From: the human T2T-CHM13v2.0 reference genome, Homo sapiens
Length of the DNA stretch: 64,000 bases
Assembly: GCF_009914755.1 (NCBI RefSeq)
Contig: NC_060933.1
Reading direction: 5' to 3' (one strand)
A program made the position numbers and the translations under genes. Shown piece by piece: positions 55,450 through 64,000 of this stretch (the stretch's first letter is position 1; every line of letters starts with the position of its first letter). Below the pieces are notes generated by a model that was not told the DNA's origin, ran no database searches, and saw only the letters and a list, made by a program, of their open reading frames with translations.

Positions 55450-56070
55450 AATTTTAAAACATTTCATTGGTATATAAATAACGTTGTCACATTCGCTGTT
55501 TTAACATATACAGTATATATTAGTATACTGTATATTCACAAGATTGTACAAATCATCACCAGAATACAAAAATTCAAGAATGTTTTCATAATTTCATAAG
55601 AAATTCTGTACTGATAAGCACAATTTTTAATTTCCCCCTTTCCTCATCCCCTGGCGACCACTAATCTACTTTCTGCCTGTGTGAATTTACCTACTCTGAA
55701 GATCTCCTATAAATTGAATCAAACTATATGTGGCCTTTGTGTCTTTTTTTCATGTTTAGCATATTCAGCATTTTACTGCTTTTTATGTCTAAAAATATTA
55801 TGAATATACAATATTCTACTTGTCTACTCATCAGATAATAAATATTTTGGTTATTTTCACATTTACGCTATTATAAATAATGCTGCAATGAACATGCTTT
55901 CTGAGGACATATGTTTTCAATTATCTGAATATATACTTACATGTGAATCACTGGATTATATGATACCTTTAACTTTAAAGAGCTGCCAAACCATTTTCCA
56001 CAGTAGCTGTACCATTTCAAATTTCCACCATCAATTTCTTTGCATTCTTATCAACACTTGTTATTATGCA
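55450..56070 (-). mobile_element. L1MB-like 3' end
   Basis: CCCCTGGC.ACCACTAATCTACTTTCTG...CTGCCAAACCATTTTCCACAGT.GCTGTACCATTT. Confidence 0.8.
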
Positions 56071-56724
56071 CCCGTATATGGAAACGTTGAAGTAGACATG
56101 AAATTTACAACACAATGTTTGATATAGATAGGTGTATATCTGATTAAAATGAAGGCTGATGAACAAAAGGTAATGAAATAAAAAAGAAGTCAAAGTTTCA
56201 TATTTAAAATTGTGCTCAAATAAAGTTTATTAGTTTAATTTCCAACAGATTAAGAATGTATGTTTAAATGTAATAATACATGTGCAGAGCTTTATGTGTG
56301 TCCATATACTTCAAGCCAAACTGATTTTTGGTGAATTTGTCTCTTTATAAAATACACAGAAATAGGAAGAAAAGCACTGAAAATTGTGGACTCCTAGTAA
56401 TAATCAATTAAGCAATTAGCATTACATTACATTTTCCTGTCAGTTTGGCGAGCGTATTTTTCACCACCGAAGATAATAAAAAAAAATCTTAATTTATAAT
56501 GAGAAATTATAAAATCTGTCAGATGATCTAGAATATATTTACGTAAGATATGAAGATTTTCTTTCAACAATAATGACATAGGAGAAAAAATCAGTTATAC
56601 ATTTCCATATTTATTAAATATCTTCCTATTACAAAAATTTCAATTTCTGCTTTAAAAATATTAAATTTCTCATAATAGCATAACCCAGAGGCAAACATTG
56701 TCATTATTTTAATTAATATTTCTA

Positions 56725-57045
56725 AGAACGTGGACTTTGGAATCTAAGAGAGTTAAATCCTGGCTTTGGCCCTTTAAAGCTATGATAAATGTTTCAGGTG
56801 ATGGATATCCCAATTACTCTGATTTGATCATTACACGTGATACACACATATCAAAATATCACATGTATGCCTTAAATATGTGCAACTACTATGTATTCTC
56901 AAAGAATAAACATTAAGAAAAGTTATGATTTGTAGATGTTAATTTACATTATTTTGATTTAATATCCAATTGGTAAATAGAAGATTTTATTTATACATTA
57001 ATAGGATTATATGGAAAAACAGAATATTAGTTATAAGGGGCTTTA
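56725..57045 (+). mobile_element. MIR interrupted by a short L1MA 3' tail (about 56787-56918)
   Basis: L1 tail GGTGATGGATATCCCAATTAC.CTGATTTGATCATTACAC flanked by TSD AAAG(C/T)TATGAT; MIR TGGACTTTGGAATC on the left. Confidence 0.7.
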
Positions 57046-57499
57046 AAACAATAAATTTCAAATATCAGTTTGACAATGTTTCATGGCAATTCTTATTGAC
57101 TACACATTAATCTAGATTTTTTCTTTTTATTTATGTCATGTTATATATCACATTACAACAAAGTTGTTCTTTACTTAATATTTTATCATCCGTATTGTCT
57201 CAGAAAATTACAAACTTTCTTAAACATTATTTGTTGGCTGGCTAATATTCTATATTTGGAAAATAATTTGCTTAAGTATATAAATGCCTTTTTAAAATAT
57301 ATGTATGTGCTTTCAATTTACTGCTTATAAAGTTATTTCATAGTAAATATTTGTCAATTATTTTTCTTCCTATTTCTGTGTGTTTTATAAACAGACGAAC
57401 TCACCAAAAGTAGATTTGGCTTGAAGTATATGGATAGACATAAAGCTCTGCATATATATTATTACATTTAAACATACATTCTTAATCTCTTGAAAATTA

Positions 57500-58050
57500 A
57501 ACTAATAAACTTTATTTTAGCACAATTTTAAAATTACAATAAAAACAAGAGCAGATAGTACAGAAATTGCCATATAACCTCCCAAACTCGTACACATTTC
57601 TCCTATTACTAATGTCTTTCACTGGTGTGGTGCATTTGATACAATTAGAACACCAATATTTACATATCAATAGTGACTACAGTTCATAATTTACATTAAG
57701 TTCTACTCTTTCTCTTGTACATTCTATGTGTTTTGACAAATGAAAAATGTCATTTATTATTATTATGGTATCATGCAGAACAGTTGCAGTGCCATAAAAA
57801 TCACTTGTGCTTCACCTATGTATTCCTCTCACCAGCCACCCTGCCCTCTAACACACATGCATACCAAACCCAAGCAACCATTGATCTTTTTACTCTATTG
57901 TTCTGCCTTTTCCAGAATGTCATATCTTTCATATAGGAGTCATATAGGATTATATAGTATGTAGCCATTTCAGACTGACTTCTTGGTCTTAGAAATATGC
58001 ATTTAAGGTCCCTTTATATTTTTTGTTCCTTGACAGTACATTTTGTTGCT
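57500..58050 (-). mobile_element. L1MC 3' end
   Basis: GCAACCATTGATCTTTTTACT...TGCCTTTTCCAGAATGTCATAT...ATATGCATTTAAGGT. Confidence 0.8.
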
Positions 58051-58121
58051 TGATACGAATTTATGGAGGTACTAAAGGTAAAACCCTTGAAAATGTGAGG
58101 GCTTCCCTAGGAAGATTGTTT

Positions 58122-58435
58122 TGGCTGGGGACCCACACCCGTAATCTTAGCACTTAGGGAGCCTGAGAAGCAAGGATCACTTGAACTCAGGAATTCAAGA
58201 CCAGCCTGGGCAACAGGGCAAGACCATGTCTCCACACACAAAAAATTAAAATATTAGCTGGGGACTGTGGTGCATGCCTATACCCAGCTACTTGGGAGGC
58301 TGAAGTGGGAGGATAACGAGATCAGGAGGTCAAGGCTGCAGTGAGCCTTGGTCATGCCTTGGTCTTGCTCTTTCACCTATGCCACCCAGCCTTGGGTTGA
58401 AGAGCAAGACCATGTCCCAATTTAAAAAAGAAAGA
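58122..58435 (+). mobile_element. Alu SINE, AluJ-like (diverged)
   Basis: GGATCACTTGA.CTCAGGA.TTCAAGACCAGCCTGGGCAACA...GGCTGCAGTGAGC. Confidence 0.88.
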
Positions 58436-58579
58436 AACTTTAAATAACTATATTTGAATCATTTGCATAGTCATGAATATTTTAAGTCTGTTTTTAACAT
58501 TTTTATTATTGATTTGTACAATTAGAATCAGAATAAGCAAAAAAAAAAAAAATCAAAAGGCAACAAAAAAATCTACATA

Positions 58580-58957
<378 letters not shown>

Positions 58958-59149
58958 TTAAAAACATTCATATAAATTAATCAGTGGATAGCTTTCCTTC
59001 ATATATTTTAGTGTGAATTTTACAACTGATTGATGAATATTATCTAATTATGCTTTTGTATTAAATGAATTAAATCAGCCAGAGTAAAATACCAAGGTCA
59101 TTCATTAAAGCATAAGTGCAAACTGTAACATTAATAATAATGGTACTAA

Positions 59150-59390
59150 AATAATAAAAATAGTGCTAATAATAATACTTTTTTAAGAATTTGTTACAAG
59201 ATATTTCTACTTTATGCACATTGCTTCGAGTATTGACTATCATAATGAACTAGCTTTTATTACCCATATTTTATATGGAAAGAAATGATACATACAGACA
59301 TTAAATACAATAACTTGTTCATAACACAGCTAGTATATTGCAGAGGTAGGATTTGAAACAATGACTGATTCCAAAGACTGTTATGCTATA
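59150..59390 (-). mobile_element. MIR SINE
   Basis: TAACTTG..CA.A..ACACAGCTAGT...GCAGAG.TAGGATTTGAA...CTGATTCCAAAG. Confidence 0.7.
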
Positions 59391-59767
59391 TTGCCTTATG
59401 TATGTTTGCAATTTCCCCTGTGGCAGTCCTTTAAAAACTTCTTAAATCACTCTTTTGAGAACAGGTGGAAAGTAAACTGAAAGTTTTTCACAACTTGTAA
59501 ATTAACTGTCATAATATTAAATTATACATATTTTAAATGAACACAATGAATGTAGGATGTTACCCAGTAGCTACAAAATATTGCCAACATTCTCTAAAAT
59601 GAAACTTAAAGGAGAAATGTAATTCAAGCCGGTTAACCCTGATCCCAAGTTGTTTTAAATCTTTGGCTTTTTAAAATATACTTAAAGTTATTTATAAAGT
59701 TACAGTGGGTGTGCACCTATAACGGAAGGGGTCCGATATTGCACAACTGAAATTTCATTTATTAATA

Positions 59768-59987
59768 CAAGTTTAGCATCCCAAATTTGAAAATCTGAAA
59801 TACAAAACGCTCCCAAATCTGAAACTTTTTGAATCCTAACATGACGCTCAAAGGAAATTTCAGATTTCACATTTTCAGATTTGGGATGCTCAACTGGGAT
59901 AATGCAACTATTCCAAAATTTGAAAAAATCTGAAATCTGAAACACACTTTGAATCTCAAGCATTTTGGATAAGGGATACTCACTCTG
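59768..59987. mobile_element. Tigger4a (Zombi/MER46) MITE
   Basis: Degenerate TIRs CAAGTTTAGCATCCC...GGGATACTCACTCTG; internal CATGACGCTCAAAGGAAAT and TTTGGATAAGGGATACTCA. Confidence 0.85.
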
Positions 59988-60089
59988 CATGTAGTCCACT
60001 TATTCCTTTTGTCCAGACATGAATGCCTGTATTGCTTCACTGAAAACAAAGAGAAATAGCACATCCATCTTAGAAAAAGTGGCTACCTT

Positions 60090-60376
60090 GTCCGGGCGCG
60101 GTGGCTCACGCCTGTAATCCCAGCACTTTGGGAGGCCTAGGTGGGCGGATGACGAGGTCAGGAGATCAAGACCATCCTGCTAACATGGTGAAACACCGTC
60201 TCTACTAAAAATACAAAAAATTAGCCAGGCGTGGTGGCGGGCGCCTGCAGTCCCAGCTACTCAGGAGGTTGAGGCAGGAGAATGTCGTGAACCCAGGAGG
60301 CGGAGCTTGCAGTGAGCCGAGATCATGCCACTGCACTCCAGCCTGGGCGAGAGTGCAAGACTCCGTCTCAAAAAAA

Positions 60377-60407
<31 letters not shown>
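60090..60407 (+). mobile_element. AluY
   Basis: Y diagnostics, A tail grading to (GAAAA)n; TSD AGAAAAAGTGGCTAC(C/T)TT (60072-60089, 60408-60425). Confidence 0.95.
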
Positions 60408-60414
<7 letters not shown>

Positions 60415-60609
60415 GTGGCTACTTTTATGAATTAGCTGTGGATTTCTGCAACATGAAAGGTTATCTATTATGTACCTATAAATAGTTTAAATCCCACTTT
60501 AAAAAGGGGAAAATAATCATTGCAATTGGTTTTTATTTGTAGTATAGCAAACTGGAATCTGAGGAGCATTTAAAAATATCCTGGGGAAATATTATTGGTC
60601 ACAAAATTT

Positions 60610-60946
<337 letters not shown>

Positions 60947-61059
60947 TTAAAGATAATTTAAATAATGTGTATATTACATTCATCTCTCCTATAGGCTCTG
61001 AGATATAATAGTGGCTATGATTAAGAAATTCTTTCAGTGATTATGCTAAGGTCTTTGGT

Positions 61060-61385
61060 TACAGACAATTAAGAGCATGGGCTTTGGTATTTTATAGCTC
61101 ATGATTCAAGTCCTAAGACTTAATTGTTAAGGCCTTAGTGAAGTTAATTAACTTCTTTTAACTAAAGTATTTCTTTCCTTTACAAATGGAGAATGGGGCA
61201 TGGTAGGAATTAAAGGGAATAAAATAATTTGTGCTATACAAATGTGGTGATGGTGGTTGTTATGAGCTACGTGAGCATAGAGATCTTGTCTGTTGGGCAT
61301 TGTGTACTTAGTTCCTAGAATAGCACTTGACACATAGTGTTAATACACAAAAGTTAAATTAGCTTTTCTAAATGCATGAATAAAT
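61060..61385 (+). mobile_element. MIR plus L2 3' end fragments
   Basis: TTAAGAGCATGGGCTTTGG...TTCAAGTCCTA; CCTAGAATAGCAC.TGACACATAGT...ATGCATGAATAAAT. Confidence 0.6.
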
Positions 61386-61888
61386 ATCATTATTGTAATT
61401 AGTATCACACAGTCCAAGGAAATACTTTGAAACAGAAAGTAGATAACACTTTCAAATCTACCCACCTAAAAAAAATCCTGAAATTGTTTTTTTCTTGGAT
61501 TAAGAAACAACGAGAGTCACTGGTGATTTCTACAGAATACAGAATATAGTTGAGCAATAGTGAGCAGGAAATGAATGAGAAATTTTACAAAATAAAAACT
61601 CAATGTAAAATTACATTTCAAGCAATTGACCATAAAAGAAGATGGATATAAAGCAAGCTAAATAAAATATACACCATTTTGTTATGATTGGTATTTTTTT
61701 TCAAAATTTAGATTTGGAGGAACTAGCAAAGAAATAGATATCACGAATAAATAAAGTCTGTGATGAGATGAAAGCAAGCGAAGATACAGTTGGAGAATTA
61801 GATTATAACAAAAGGTGCACTATTTTTCTGGGTCATAGGAAAGAAAGAACCAATTATGAAAATTCAGGTATATTAGTATATTCAAAGA

Positions 61889-62130
61889 TGAACAGGAAAG
61901 GGTTAACTTGGCAGGCTGAGGTTGCTTAAACCTTGAACATTCAAAACCAGGACTAGCCTTTGTCTGGCTCCTAGAAGATACCCTCTGAAACCTCGGAATA
62001 TTCTGCTTGATAGGATTGTGTTTTTATGCTTGAGCCTTTGAAAAAGCTATACCAGTTTGACCAATTAAGTTAATTCTGTTAATGAAGTCTGTGGTAAAAG
62101 GCCTATTTTTGCTGAGGCTGAAGGTGGGGT
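61889..62130 (+). mobile_element. MER77/MER21-like LTR 5' fragment
   Basis: CAGGAAAGGGTTAACTT.GCAGGC.G.GGTTGCT.AAACC.TG.ACATTC...GGAATATTCTGC.TGATA. Confidence 0.6.
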
Positions 62131-62426
62131 TGGAGAAGGGATGCAGCTGGAACATGAGAGGCTGAGGCTGGTAAAATGGGCACCAGGCACCAGGCACCAG
62201 CAGTACTGCATAGATGATAGGTTTCATCTGGTGTTGACCCATCTGTTATAATCTGTTCTAAGGTTGCAAAATAAAGTTGTAATACATTTCTGCCCCTTAG
62301 GTAGGTGTATGTCATACTACTTTAAGACTAGATAACTAAATCCTGCTGGATCAGCCAAATCCTATACCCACCACTCAAAAACCATTCCTAAGCATATGGA
62401 TAATTGATGATCCATTGGTGATATAA

Positions 62427-64000
<1,574 letters not shown>

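Overview
AT-rich, repeat-dense primate (catarrhine, probably human) genomic DNA that looks intergenic or deep-intronic. I can support no protein-coding exon, RNA gene or CRISPR array. The listed ORFs are short, and most fall in Alu, L1, LTR or microsatellite sequence. The window is a layered fossil record of mobile elements: about 20 Alus (J, S and Y, including a Yd/Yc-type copy and a tailless AluY), many old L1 fragments, MIR/L2, DNA transposons (MER30, MER2, MER82, MER5, Tigger3b, Tigger4a, a half Hsmar1), MaLR LTRs (MSTB, THE1, MLT1A), solo ERV LTRs (MER52, MER57 and others) and a two-LTR MER61-type provirus (42470-48185) with a tRNA-Lys primer site. The most unusual structures are scars of DNA repair or template switching: a patchwork of inverted local copies at 49.4-49.7 kb, an iterative filler inside an L1 at 24.45 kb, a fold-back at a twin-primed L1 junction, and several perfect hairpins. 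I do not see convincing evidence for a novel biological system. Family names come from recalled consensus sequences and need RepeatMasker/Dfam confirmation; boundaries of old elements are approximate.
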